Shown: positions 12,691 through 26,509 of the stretch, piece after piece
Layout: each line of letters begins with the position of its first letter
How positions within the stretch are numbered: the first letter of the stretch is position 1
Source: Octopus sinensis
Lineage: Eukaryota
NCBI RefSeq assembly: GCF_006345805.1
Contig: NC_043005.1
Location: 83,142,001 to 83,206,000 of the forward strand
Direction of reading: 5' to 3'
DNA length: 64,000 nucleotides
The notes under the pieces: model-generated
Seen by the model: only the letters and a program-made list of their open reading frames with translations
Databases searched by the model: none
What the model was told of the DNA's origin: nothing
Made by a program: the position numbers and the translations under genes

Positions 12691-13768
12691 TGTTAGTCGA
12701 TCCTCTCGTGCTAATGTAGGAAGAATTATATTTATTCTTATTTATTGTCTTATATTTTCTCTCATTAAAATAGTTATGAGCACTAAAAAATAACTATGTC
12801 ATCGCTACAAACTGACGAGGGACTTAGCAACAAAAACAGCATCGATAAGCAACATTGACGTAAAATCAAATTCGATCCAAGAGGTATTTGAATGCAGAAC
12901 TGCCAGAAACAAAGTCGATTTCTTATATGGAAACAACATGGCATTATTGATATGAAAATTGGAAACGGTGCTTCGTTCTGTTTATATTCTTTCCGAAAGT
13001 AATAATTGTGTATTTGAAGTAAATAGCCAGAAGCATGTATGGAAAACAGATTTTGAATTCACATGATCAGTTATTTTTCCAGCTCAATATGTAGTGAGAT
13101 TATTGAGCAGAAATGGCATTGGATATTGGCCTACTAGTACAAATATTCGGAGTTCAAATCCTCAGTGTTTTGTTGTAGACAACTTCCAGTCTTTCTGCCA
13201 CCAATCATAGAAGCAATGAAATAAAATATCGTGGACATTTGTTCTTCCTTTTCTAATGAAATGTTTGAAAGAAATATTCTGCCTTGTTTCAGTTCCAGTT
13301 GTTGGTAATAAGTACCAAAACTTCTCGAAATATTACCAAAGAGTACCCAGTGCTCAATCGTAGATGAAATATGTATTATATTCGCTTAAAATTATCAATG
13401 TGGATGCTTGACAGTGGTTCTTCAGATACCGTTGGAACATAGAAACATATAGAACATTTCAGTACTCAACATGTGGCTCAATACATGGGGGCAATTTTTG
13501 TGAGGCTTTAATTTTGTAAATGGATGTTGGATCTTCAAACATCGTCGAAACTTAAGAAATAATGAAATGTTTGAAAGAAATATTTTACCGCTTTGTGAAA
13601 ATACTCATAAATAGGCTTTGTGAAAATACTCATTGGAAAAAGATTTCAAGACATTGGGTGGGGAAACGAAAAAATAAATAAAATACAAATCCCTGAAGCG
13701 GTTCTCTCCTCTTTATGAGAATATTCACCCTCTCTATTACCTCATACGCTCTCTCTCTCTTTTCCCCT

Positions 13769-13806
<38 letters not shown>

Positions 13807-13994
13807 ACTTCCGTAAGCAACTATAAGCAGCAGCAACTGTAGTTCCCAGTCAAGTTAGTGCTTAATATGCAACAACAATGATTTCTTGTGGCTAGCCACA
13901 TGAGAGCAATCTTTGTCATGTAATGCTGGCTTTTCAAACTTGGTCATAACTTAATAAATATATTTTAATTATATGCATAGAAAATTATATTTAA

Positions 13995-14338
13995 CACTCG
14001 GTTGTGTACACCCGGACGTGTACACTCGGACGTGGGAAGACTTTCTACTGCGAAAATAGTCCCGGGAGAAAACGTTCCTCATAGACATGTATGAAAACAC
14101 ATAGGGCCATGAATGACGTCACCAGATAGTGAGATGCATGCCTTTCCGTGTTGTTATGCGTCTTCACGCAGGTGTACCTTTCACAATCCTATAAGAATGG
14201 TAGTTCTTATATATAAGTGCAGTAAACAGTAAATTCTTCGGTGTGCGTAAAGCTTGGTCAAGCTGTAAATAGTCTTCTCCCGAGACTATTTCCGCAGTGA
14301 GTGGAAGGTTTTCTCATGTTTGAGAGCACACGAACGTG
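13995..14338. mobile_element. MITE with TTAA target-site duplication and CAC...GTG termini (piggyBac-like)
   Basis: ttaa at 13991-13994 and 14339-14342. Imperfect TIRs include actgcgaaaatagtcccgggagaaaac versus the reverse complement of gtcttctcccgagactatttccgcagt. Confidence 0.7.
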
Positions 14339-14939
14339 TTAAATATCATTGTACATGTATATATTTTATTCAATCTACTTTCATTGACGCTGTTTACTTA
14401 TGTTATTGTTTAACATGTCACATCAATGGTTTTATGTGTGTGTGTGTGTGACTAGACATATGCAAGCAACCTTTGTCGCTTGACACTGGCTTTTCGAACC
14501 TCCTCAAAATTTAAGAAATATATAGAATATGTCAGTGCTCTGCATCTTGCACCAATTGTTTCTAATAGCTAGACACATGAGAGCAATCTTTGCAAGGGGT
14601 TAATAAAGACGATTCCACTGGTCCCGAAAGTTATTGAAGTGACTTACTTCATCGACTTTAGAGATTAAAAAAAGGGAAGGTTGAAGTAATTTACATTGGG
14701 ATTAGAAAGCAGAATTTCTTTTGTCACATCCATCTCTCAGTATCATCTCTGTAAATTCAAGAGTTTCATAGCCCGCCATCATATACGGAGGAGGGGCAAT
14801 AATAACGGTTTTGCCTTTAACGAGGAAGAGGGTTACGGTGGATACTAGAGCTAATACATACAACCGAAACCGCGATTACAGTTAGCATCCGGTCGAACTT
14901 GCGTACACGTACGTGTTAAACGGTTGTACCCGTGAGATG

Positions 14940-15014
<75 letters not shown>

Positions 15015-15089
15015 GCATACATACATACATACATACATACATACATACATACATACATACATACATACATACATACATACATACATACA
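14940..15089. repeat. (GATA)n directly followed by (CATA)n
   Basis: Directly visible. Confidence 0.97.
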
Positions 15090-15925
15090 CGTTCTCCAGT
15101 ATAAGTATAACATGACGATGTCAGTAGGTCAAGTGATGCCTGTGCATTATGCATTTTAAAGTAAAGCGAGGCCTAGTACACAGCCAACCTCGCTCTCCGA
15201 ACAACAATGACTGATAGCCTGAAAAGAAAGAAATAGGCAACATCATTGGCTGCCATCGAGTCACAGGTTTTACATCAGAGTTTTCCTTCTCCTAGTCTGA
15301 TGTCCTAAGAAGGACTATGACTCACTCATTTCTAGTAATGTGGTGCGCCATACCTACATTCCCATTATCATGATTCTCTGCTGACTGAACTATTGTTTAA
15401 AACATGTCAATCTTCTGTGCAGCCATTCTGTTTTCTGCACCAAAGTCACTAGTCTGTAGATGATTGCTGTAGGAACTAGCGCTGACAATGAGAAGTAACA
15501 GGATAGCCGTTGTGTACGTAGTATTGGATGGCCGTTGACATGGAGTATTTTCACACAATTTTCATTTACAAAATTTTACTAATACAGTAAAAGACATTTA
15601 GTCAAAATTATTCACATTGGAATCGAACATGGAACCATGTGATATTTCAAAGAAAAACTTCTTAACTACAAAGCAATAAAATTTATGTTAAACTTTATAG
15701 TTACAAAATATCGAATTCTATATTGAACAAAGAAGGAATGAGATGTGATGGGGTAGTTGCGATGTGTGGTAGAGTTAGTAGTGACGTGAATGAATTCAAT
15801 AATTTCAGAATGTCTGTGACATTCTTTCGACAAGACATGCAATATACTAAAAATAAATATCAATAAAGTAATTTTATTTGTGGTTTTTGTTTTATTTTCA
15901 TTTTTCAAATTATTTTTCCTTTCGT

Positions 15926-15980
<55 letters not shown>

Positions 15981-16639
15981 ATATATATATATTCAAAAAT
16001 CTAGCAATAACAAAATTGTCACTTCTTACGTGTGTATGTGTGTGTCTGTTTATGTATACGTATATACGTGTGTATTACAGTATGTGCAGATATACATGTA
16101 TATATGTATACATACATACATACATACATACATACATACATACATACATACATACATACATACATACATACATACATACATACATGTGTATGTATGTTCG
16201 CATATACATTTATGTAATTCCATCCACCATCATGTTGGTTGCTAACACTAAAACATTTTGCTAGAAGCACACATTAAATTAGCATTCTTTGTGGTCAGAA
16301 CGTATTCGTGTCTGTTATCTGAAGGCAGATAAGCAAACGTGTCTCTCTTATTTAAAAGTCTTCGCACAGTACATCACAATTGAGAGAACGTTCAATATAT
16401 AAACTAAATTCCGCCGGTGATAATCCATTCTACATTCCTTAAGAAAACTAAAAGAAAGCAAGAAAATAAAGTTTATCGGAGATTAGCCATTTATCGAAAT
16501 GTAATTAGCATATGTCGGCAGCAACAAGCAACGATCTAATCTATTTGCAACAACAATTTCGGCGACAGTCCTGAGTTCTTAGCATCGTCCCAGAATTGTT
16601 GTTCCTTTAACTCTCTCTCCTGATACGAGCGCATATTCA

Positions 16640-16990
16640 TTGTTGTCGTCATCATTATCATCATCATCGTCGTCATCGTCATCGTCATCATTATCGTCAT
16701 TATCAGCATCATGAACATCGTCATTATCAACAACCACCAATTAACATCATCATCGGTATCGTCATTCAATATCATCATCGTCATCGTCATCGTCATCATC
16801 ATTACCATCATCATCGTCGCCGTCATTATCAACGTCATCGTTGTTATCGTCGTCATCATCCTTTGTCATCATTGTTTTCGTCATCATCGTCATTGTCGTT
16901 GTCTTCACCTCCATCACCACCATCAACACCATCACCATAATTATCATTGTTGTCTCTGTCATCGTTGTCATCCTGATCGTCATGATCATT
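16640..16990. repeat. Degenerate CAT/CGT trinucleotide tract
   Basis: Directly visible. Confidence 0.9.
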
Positions 16991-16999
16991 ATGAAGAGC

Positions 17000-17870
17000 T
17001 TGAGAAGAAATCCCCCAGACACTATTACAAGGTTCCGAAGCCAGTATCTCAAACTTGAAATAGTGAAGATACCTACCATGCATGTAAAGGGAACGTGAGA
17101 GGATAGAAATAAAAAAAGAAAAGAGTTACTAAAATATGAATACCAAGAGTAGAAGTAGAAAAACACTTCTAAGCAAAAAGAAATTACGTTACTAAAGGAA
17201 CGCGAAGAAAAAAAAACACTTCTCTACAAAACGAAACAATAATTACAGACTAGAAACAAAATACACAGAAGAGAAACATTTAGGAAATAACACAACAGAA
17301 ATGCTTCAAAAAATGAAAAGATGAAAATCAAAGTGGAATTCCAAAAATATCTTTAAAAATAAGAAAAAATCCACTCCAAGGTGAATACCACTCAAGGTTC
17401 AACAAAGGAAAAGTAATCCAGAGTGAAAGGTAACAACATCTCAAAAGCTTTGTGCTAAGAATGAAAGTTATTCGACTTAAGATTCACAGAACTAAAGCCA
17501 AGCAACAAACAATTTCAAAAATGAAGAACGATGCTAACATCATGTAAAGACTATGCGAGAAAAAAAAATTACGCCAACGGCTGGCTATGCAACTAATAAA
17601 ATAAGACAGTTGACTAGAATATCGCCGGATCCACAGTTTTTTGTTCAGTTCGAATTTATTTGCAGATGCGATCGAATTGGCAGTTATATCTACAGGGAAA
17701 TATGCTGATAGGTCGATGAAAAAATAGATCAACAAGTGCCAAAACTGTACATACCCTCAACCTTCTGGAGATTAGCTGTCCAGAGTAATGGTATTTGGCC
17801 ACAGACATTCAGACATTATCTGTCTAGGCTAATAGTGACTCTAAGGCAAACCCTTCAGCTATAAAAATGA
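17000..17870 (+). pseudogene. Highly decayed RLE-type (Dong-like) LINE remnant
   Basis: NPLQGEYHSR (cf. KPLHGKY), ..SQATNNFKN..DANIM*RLC (cf. QDQSLxTRNY..CRxC) and a weak GIWPQTFRHYL match near the end. Confidence 0.4.
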
Positions 17871-18119
17871 ACTTGAATGAAAATGTTTATTCTATGACAC
17901 ATACCTCAATTCTTTCTCACCAAAATATTGTTGGAGTCGAGTATTTGAGAAACGTCCTATGCATATAAAGAAAGCATAACCATTACACATACGTATAATG
18001 CATCAATCATCTCCTAAAAGAAACCTACATGCATAGAGCTCCTATCGCATTCACTTACAATATTTTCAAAAACGATGAAGTCAACTGTCGTTAACAATGA
18101 CCTTCCACAATATATAAAT

Positions 18120-18275
18120 TTCTCTTCTCTCACTCTAATGACTACCAGCACGGCTTTCATAAAATAAAATTTACTATAACCCTTGTCCTTATGAAATCCG
18201 ACGAAAAAATTATTATTGTTTTTGATATCAGTAAAGCTTTCAATTTAGTCTGAAGTGAGTGCGATATTTGGCAGT
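18120..18275 (+). pseudogene. CR1/Jockey-type RT fragment
   Basis: SNDYQHGFHK ... IVFDISKAFNLV* (cf. xQYGFR..LDISKAFDxVW). Confidence 0.55.
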
Positions 18276-18289
18276 CAGAGGAACTGCCA

Positions 18290-18870
18290 TTCTTGGAAAT
18301 GAGACACACTATTGCTTGCTTTGAAAGTTGTGTCATACCTTTGGAAAGAAAGAGAGAGAAAGAGAAGTGAGAGAGAGGGACAGAGAGAGAATGAAGAGTT
18401 TGGTGAATATGAAAGCTCGCTTTGGGTTGCATTGTTTGATAGTGATGGAAGTTATGAAGTTACCTGATGTACCTTCGCATTTGGTGTGCGTCTGTTTCCG
18501 GTAATGAGTCAGGTGGAATGCAAGGGTTAGCCTTTTGAGGAAATTTCTCCTTATGGAGTTGGATACAAAGAGAGTTGTGAAGGTAGTGGCGTTCTTCTGT
18601 GGGAGTACTGCTCACAAACACATCATAATTGAAAGTGAGTGAAAAGAGGCCTGCAAAGTTTGGTAAGCATATTTTTGGTTAAGAACCAAACAAAAAATCG
18701 ATCGTAGTTTTGGACACTCATGGACTGAGTGGCGCGTTTTATAGAGATATCATTCGCAATTAGGATGAGGGTTTTAAAACAGTTGCAGTGTTGGGTAATC
18801 GCCGTCCAATTTGTAAGGGTGGGTGCATTGAGACCGTTATGGTCCAGCAGAAGTGGCGTTCGGAGACGAG
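18290..18870 (-). pseudogene. Decayed CR1-like LINE 3' region
   Basis: Minus strand gives EQYSH..NATTFTTLFVSNSIRRNF and SFFPKV (cf. LEYCSHIW..RIQRRA; SFFPRT..WN). Confidence 0.45.
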
Positions 18871-19876
18871 AAAGCACTGTGTATAGGAAATTAAACTATT
18901 TTATATAGAGCATTAAAGATTTCCATATTCTACTCCAGCCGTATCAGTATGAAATGAATGTCAGAATAAATAAAAACATTGCCGCTATCCACCAAGGATA
19001 TAAATATGGAGAAGGACGAACCGAGATAGATGTCCGCGATGCTCTAAGAGATGCAATCAATAATTACTACTCATTAGAGAAATTCGGAGACTGGTAGAGA
19101 TAGATGAGCCATTAAGAAGAGATCGTGGACGAAAAAAATGACTAGAGGTTTTTGTCGATGGTGGCCTTACATACAATAAGGGAAGAGTGAAACCTATAGA
19201 GTCGCCAACACTACTTTTAAGGCTGAAGATTTGGAGTAAAGTGTAAAACTTTGAGTTTGAGAGACTTTAGTCACAGAGAAGAAAATGTTCTATCAATTAC
19301 ACATTAAGAAAGAGTTGGGGTGTATGAAGGTGTGTCTCGGTTAGGTAGGAGTCCATTAATTTATGTATGTGTGCGTACGTAGTTGTGTGTGTGTGTGCGC
19401 GTCTGAGTGTATGTGTCTACGTGAGTGCGTGCGTGCGTAGGTGTGTTTGTATAATAAATTCTCCTCTACTAAAACTATTGAGTCCTTTTACCAGTAAATG
19501 CTTGTTGTTTATAACTACTTAATAATTTAACTATTCTAACGTTAAAGCGTACATGTGTGTGATAAGTTATTCTCTCTCTGTATCTGTCTATCTATTTTTT
19601 ACCTATAAGTGCGTGGGTGTGTGGGTGCGGGTGTAAGTATATACATGTGTGTGTATATATATATACAAACATATATATATATATACATATATACCTATGT
19701 GAACGTACACACACGCGAATGAAACGGAGGACATCAGCGATTTCACATTTCCTCGTCGCCAGAAGAGATGCATTATAAATATAATATACTGTATACTATC
19801 AATTGTTTATTGGTGGTAGTCTTATGGCAAAGCGGAATTATAATGGGCGTGGTGAAACAGAAAGAAAGAGAAAGTG

Positions 19877-19918
<42 letters not shown>

Positions 19919-20510
19919 ATATATATACATGGATACAAAGTATATATATGTGTGTGTGTATGTGTGTGTGTGCGTGCGTGTGTGGGTTTATGTTTATATA
20001 TGTACATTTATGAGTGTACACACACACACACATTACGGAAGATAGGATTCGCTTTATTTTGAGGGTTGTATACAAAAATAGCTGTAAATATAACGGTCAA
20101 TATAGATATTATTATACTATTATACCCTACCAGAATAATATAATATTTTTTAAAACAATCTCATATAAGCAAATAAAAATAAATCAAATTCGGAACAGCG
20201 ACAGAGAGGAAAACATGAAAAATAAAAAGAAGCCTTAATACTAAAGCGATTGTATTTTGTACACCACACACACACACACACACACACATACAAACAAACA
20301 AACACACACATGTATGTATGTGTGTGTGCATATATATAAAGAACTGATACGCATAAAGCGACTAAAATATCTACTCTGTCTCTTCTGTATGCTACCAAAA
20401 TTAGACAACATAGGATATTAAAGAATAATAGACAATCAGTGAGATGAGACAGAGGGAGGAGGAATGAAGAGAAAGACAAAAAGAGAGAAAGTAATCACAA
20501 AAATGAAGGG

Positions 20511-20556
<46 letters not shown>

Positions 20557-21014
20557 TCAGATAAATGGTTTATCTCTAAAGATAAACGCTAGCTGTTTGG
20601 TTGAATGTAATAAGAAAATAAAATGTACGAACATATAATTGTGACTTAAATAAACGAGAAAAAATAACAGTCGTAAAACATCTTAAATAGAAAGAATCTT
20701 GCTGTATTTTTATATTCATTTACTTATTTATATGTGTGCTTACGTGTTTCTTTCTATGTTATCATGTAGGCTGGGTACTTACATGAGATTAATCAAGTTA
20801 GCTGTTTGCTACGCTGTTGCTGTTGTTTTTTATAGTAGTTCTTACTGTTGCAGCTGTTCTTGTTTTTGTGGTCGTTGTTGTTTTAGCCAAACCTTATGCA
20901 CTAAAGCTTCCATCGAGCAGATTTGTAATGAAAATGTTCAAGCTATGCTCACAAACCCCCAACCCCTTATTCACCATCTTATTCTCTTTCAATGTATTCA
21001 GTATTTTCTTTGTC

Positions 21015-21357
21015 CAGTGTTTCTCAAACATTTTTTATCTATGGACCCCTTGATTACTATATTACTCTGGTTGACCCCATAGCCATTCGTCGTTTAAAAA
21101 CTAGATTTATAGATACTTCTTTCAAAATTCCTATTTTGTTTTACACATTAACTTGTGTGGGTTGAAGCATGTATAATAATAGATATGAAACCTAGCTGTT
21201 TCTTGCAATAAATACATCTAAAGCAAAGCTTTTTTATGAACCCTTACTATACTGCTGTGAATCTCCAATTTACTATTTTACTTGCATGGATCCCCTGACT
21301 CAAAAAAATTTTATATGAATCCCTAGGAGTCATTTGGACCCTGGTTGAGAACCATTG
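21015..21357. mobile_element. hAT-superfamily (Charlie-like) MITE, 343 bp
   Basis: Termini cagtgtttctcaaac and gttgagaaccattg. 8-bp flanks tctttgtc (21007-21014) and tatttgtc (21358-21365) match at 7 of 8 positions. Confidence 0.85.
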
Positions 21358-21461
21358 TATTTGTCACCGTAATGCTTTACCTTGTTTATATATGATGGTA
21401 ACGTGTGATTTGAGTGGAATTTGGGTGTTATTTGAAGCATAGCAAAACAAGACAAAGCTAC

Positions 21462-21509
<48 letters not shown>

Positions 21510-21639
21510 TCTCTCTCTCTCTGCACAGTCTAGTGAAACTAACTGAATAAAATTAAAATGTTAATTTTTAGTTATTGCTAGGGTCTGATAGAAATAAATT
21601 AATTGATTTATCTCATTATTGTCAGTCTTTTATTTGTTC

Positions 21640-22075
21640 ATTTGCTTCAGTCAGTTGACTGCGGTCATGCTGGAACATCACCATGAAGGATGTTTTTTTT
21701 TTCGAATGAATGACTCCCAGCTCTTACTTTTAAGCTTGGTACTTATTCTAACATCTCTTGTACTGAACCACTAAATTATGGGGACGTAAACAAACCAGCA
21801 CTGATTGTTAATCAGTGGTGGGGGACAATAACGGCGGAACCCCAGTAAACGGTGGTGCTCCAGCATAGTCGCAGCTTTGAGCTGAAACTGGTAAAAGAAT
21901 TTTAAAAATATGTGTGTGTCTGTATACGACGGGCTTCCCCACAGCTTCCGTCTACCAAAGTCACAAGGGATTGGTCAACGTGGATCTATAGTAGAAGACA
22001 TCTGTCCAAAGTGTTGCGCTTTGAAACTGTATCTGAAGACAGATTGTTGCAAAGCGAGCTTCTTAAGCACACAAT
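21640..22075 (-). mobile_element. SINE family B
   Basis: ttgactgcggtcatgctgg..., gaaccactaaattatggggacgtaaac, acgggcttcccacagcttccgtctaccaaa, ctatagtagaagaca. Confidence 0.85.
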
Positions 22076-22199
22076 AATTACTGAACCAACACACACATAT
22101 TTTTTAGTCTAGAGGAAGAAGCACTGCCCATAATCTTTTGCTATCCTAACCAGACCGGTGTAAGTTTGATGCCATTTATGGTCTATTTAACTGTTGCAG

Positions 22200-22490
22200 A
22201 TCAACACTTACAAGAGAGAAGATCCTAAAGGTTTAAAGTTCTGGAGAAGAAAAGACTGAGTGTAGTTCTTAGTGAGAGGCTAGGGGATTCAGATGAGTGC
22301 AATAAGGGTGTCGAAAGGTGGAGAGATGAGTTGGTCAGGGATGTTTAAGTGGCGGTGGTGGTGGTATGGGACCATACAGAAATCGCTATTGTAGTGATAG
22401 GAAGAAAGCGACGGATTGCCTGAATCGTTACAATGCCAAGAAAAAATGTTTGTGTCCCTATTCTTAATAGGCCAACTGCTTTTCATCTTT
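22200..22490 (-). pseudogene. Decayed CR1-like 3' end
   Basis: Minus strand gives SLSSYHYNSDFC...NYTQSFLLQNFK, resembling the CR1 C-terminus (LFYRYY..C; YxQSFLPRT). Confidence 0.45.
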
Positions 22491-22524
22491 CAGATATCAA
22501 TAAAATCAAGTACAAGTGTGTGTG

Positions 22525-22845
22525 TGTTTAAAATTGCGAGGCTTAGTGTTTAGGGTATTCGGTTCACAATCTTAAGGTCATAAGTTCTATTCCTGCCAGC
22601 GCGTTGTGACTTTCAGCAAATTTCACGTTGCTCGGTCGATTCAACAGGCACAAATGAGTTGTACCTGTTATTCAAAGGGCCAGCCTTGTCATTTTCTGCG
22701 TCACGCTGAATCTCCCTGAAAACTACGTTAAGGGTACGCATGTTTATGGAGTGCTCAGCCACTTGCACGTTGATTTCACGAACAGACGTTTCTGTCGACC
22801 GAATAAACTGGAACACTCGTCGTTGTAACCAATGTAGAGCCAGTT
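22525..22845 (+). mobile_element. tRNA-derived SINE family C (conserved central domain, Nin/Deu-like)
   Basis: tRNA-like head followed by gttgtacctgttattcaaagggccagccttgtca..cacgctgaatctccctgaaaactacgttaagggtacgcatg..ggagtgctcagccacttgcacgtt. A degenerate second copy lies at about 23100-23290. Confidence 0.7.
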
Positions 22846-23723
22846 AAATTAACACAGACACACAAACACACACACACAGACATACATACACATACGCACA
22901 CACACTCACACACATTGGTGAGTGGTGTGTGTGTGTGTGTGTGCGTGTGTGTGTGTGTGATATGTGTAAGCGCAATATGGCAAAACGTCTAAGAAGTTCG
23001 CTTCGCAACCACTGGATGTCACCTTAGTTAAATGTAATTTTCTGTAACCTCGGGTACCATACCTTTTGAACAAAATTGAAAATTGGATAAACGTAAACTA
23101 CATAGAAGCCCGTTGGGTAGATTGTGCAGTCTTTTCACACACTGGATCTCACAGATTCTGCCAGACAATTATATTAAGGGTACACGTGTCTAAGGAAATC
23201 TCAGCTAATTGCAAGTTAATTCAGCACCAGATGATTCAGTTAGTTTGGAAAAGAACTTATTCCGCATCCTCAGACGACGGAGATCCATCAACACTGTGTG
23301 TGTTTCTGTCTGTGTCATTGTGATGTCACAACTGTGTATATATAAGTATCAATGACACTGCAAACCATCAACCTCATTAGTCTGGCGAAGTGAGTCTAAT
23401 TTCTAATTTATGCCGGCGGCCACTTTTGTAGTTTCAACGAATTAACAACCGGAAATGAAGCTCTTTAACCAATCAAAGTGGTATTTTTCTTGATTGCAAT
23501 TTTTTTATCTATAAACGTTTGTGCTTTGCTCATATTTGTCTTTATTAATTTTTTTTTCTTAATAAGATGGTTCATGCCATAAAATATATATCAGTAGATA
23601 CATATATATGCACATACACACACACGCGCACGCACACGCACACACACACATACATGTGTATGTGTGTGCGTGTGTGTGTGCATGTATACATATGTTTGTA
23701 TTATATATGCATCTATACATGTG

Positions 23724-23760
<37 letters not shown>

Positions 23761-24409
23761 TACATATATGCATACATATATACATATATATATGTATGTG
23801 TGTATGTATGTATGTATATGTACAAGATGGACTTATAATGAAGATAAAAGAGGAGATATTGCTACGTAAATGCTGAAGAGTTTAAAGTCAGGAAACTTAT
23901 AATGAGAATAGACTAAGTCGAAAACAAACAAGTTATGACTAAAGCCATTAAAATAATAAACACAGTCTATCAAAAAGCGTCTAAAACTGATGAATCTGAA
24001 AGGTCATCGATGATCTTTCACATATATAATGTAACAACCCATCTTTGATCTTTAATTCTGTTATAACTTCGTTCGCCTTATATACTCACAAATACGACAA
24101 ATATACAAAACCTAAATCACAGTAAAAAAGATAATTAACAATTGTTTATGGTCTTTTATGTCTTTCATTTACTTGTTTCAATCATTGGATTACGGCCATG
24201 CTGGAGCTTCACCTTGAAGGACTTTAGTCGAACAAATCGACCGTAATACATTTTTTTAAAGTCTGGTACTCTTATTTTATTGGACTCTTTTCGTCAGATT
24301 GCTAATCAGTGGAAGAACAAGCACAATTAGAAAGACACTCACACAAATATGCACATACATACATGTACATACATGTATGCATGCACGTATGTATAAGGGT
24401 ACAATCCAG

Positions 24410-24690
24410 GGATCCGATTGTAGGAAGTTTGTAAGCTTCAAGCAGAGAGTAGCCTGTATAGAGGTTAGCTACCCAGGGGATGTGAATGTACCATCAAAAG
24501 TCCAGGAAAAAGATCATTTATGATGAATTAATGAGGAAGTTACTGCTGTCGAAGCATACACTTGGGTGTATGTACCGACAGACTGTTCAGCCAACACACC
24601 AGCTCAGCTATATATTTACATACAGCGGGAACACTCTTGACTCAAAAAATCTTATCTGCTTGTTAGCGACCGGCTTGAACTCTCTTTAGA
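24410..24690 (+). pseudogene. RLE endonuclease fragment (same family as 10440-10640)
   Basis: ACIEVSYPGDVNVPSKVQEKDHL*DELMRKL..TLGC (cf. VVEISCPADVNI..KxxEKxxxYxxLxRNL). Confidence 0.6.
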
Positions 24691-25076
24691 ACTTAAATAA
24701 AACTCAAAGAAAAAACATACATATATGCACTTCTTACCAGCATAAGAACCAGGCTGGAGACTTAGGTCGTATGCTAGTGAGAATGTTTGTCCTCTAATAA
24801 GGCATATGTGTCAAGTGGTGATGTTAAATATGACGGATTAATCTACCATCGAAATACAAAACTATCCTTTCGGTGAGGCTCCAAAGTTTTCATTTATCAA
24901 ATTTCACTCAAAATGCTTTGATCGATCCACCTATGATGGAATACATTTGCTCAAGCTAAAGCATCGAGAGAACTTAACCACACAATCATATATGTAGCCA
25001 TGTTTAATATAATATAGAGGGGGAAGACATGTTACTTGGTGGTTAGGTATTCGGCTCACGATCGTAAGATAGTAAT

Positions 25077-25295
25077 GCGGCGAGCTGGCAGAATCGTTTG
25101 ATGTCGAACAAAATGCTTAGCGGCAATTTACCGGCACTTTACGTCCTGAGTTCAAAATCCACCGAAGTCAATTTTGCTTTTCATCCTTTCGAGGTTGATA
25201 AAACAAAGTACTAGTCAAATACTGGAGTCGATATAACCGACTTTCTATTTCCACTAACAATGATGGCCGTGTACCATAATTTGAAATCAATATAA
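25077..25295 (+). mobile_element. SINE family A
   Basis: gcggcgagctggcagaatcgtt...ctgagttcaaaatccaccgaagtc...catcctttcgaggttgataa. Confidence 0.85.
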
Positions 25296-26399
25296 TACAG
25301 ATGTAGACTTCCCTAAATTGCGATCTCGTTTCAGGAAATGTCCTTAAAAAAGACATTGTCTAAACTCTCAGCAAGCCGATGGTGCATTCTGGTTTCGAAT
25401 CTTCGAATCTTCGAAAGCCGATAATAAAATAGTCATCTAATGTATCTTATTCAATGTATATATACCGTTGACAAGCAAGTTAATTTTGTGTTCGTCTGAG
25501 AAAAGACATTCCTTAGATATGTACTCTGTTCAAAAACACAATATAAAGCGGAGGGAGACGAAATATATCTGATGTTCTTGCTCGCATCTGGTGTTCTCGC
25601 TAGCATCTGCTGGGATGATTTTTTTATCTCCGTCCGATATATATTGGGTTTTTTTAACACATTACATCTATAAGAGGATTTATGTTTAACGAAAACCGAT
25701 GTAATTTGCCTGTCAATGATGTATATACATTAAGTATGATATATATAGATGGTTATTCTAGTTTAATACTGCCTCGTGTGTACACCGGATTAAACCGACT
25801 ATTATCGGTTTATAGCAACAACAGAGAAGAATGCAACTTCCTATTCACTATTACTAATAAATATATTAACCATTTTCAACCTACAGAAAATATTTTCAGG
25901 TTGTCTATGAGGAACCTTTATTGAACAACAGACAAGGCACCAACAAATTTCTTGACCAAATTCCTGGTCTACATTTGATTCTCTTATTTGTAAGTTAATG
26001 GGACTCTGCGTGCAACCAAATTTATCTGAAATCACATTTCGGTTTTCATAAAAACACATTCACGCTCACATACATACAATGAGGAAAATATATTGGATAA
26101 TGTAAACTGCAATAGAGTATATATGAACAGAAAGGATGGTCACGGCTAGATTGGCTTCGGTCGCAAGTTTGCTGAACCGAGACAGACCTGTGGCTAAATA
26201 ATCAAAGCAACAGCAAGTCATACTCAGGAGAATAATATGAACGTTACAAAATCTCATTTATCTTCACCTTTGTGTCTTACGCATTGTAAATGTCTGAAAG
26301 GAAATTTAATACAGAGTGGCGTTACGACTAAATCGTTGGTAGCTTTGGAAACGACAACACTACAACAATAGACTTCCCGAAAGTGGATCTACTGTAGAG

Positions 26400-26509
<110 letters not shown>

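Noticed and set aside
14821-14885. Hammerhead-like ggtt..aacc-gaaa-ccgcga
   Set aside because: C3, U4 and G16.2 are absent and helix I does not form; too decayed to call.
16536-16640. Short non-repetitive peptide RSYQERELKEQQFWDDAKNSGLSPKLLLQID on the minus strand
   Set aside because: No convincing splice sites, no recognisable homology, and fused to a repeat-derived ORF.
25392-25416. ttcgaatcttcgaatcttcgaa (and 56822-56849) as heat-shock elements
   Set aside because: 8-bp periodicity does not fit the alternating 5-bp nGAAn units of a canonical HSE, and there is no adjacent gene.
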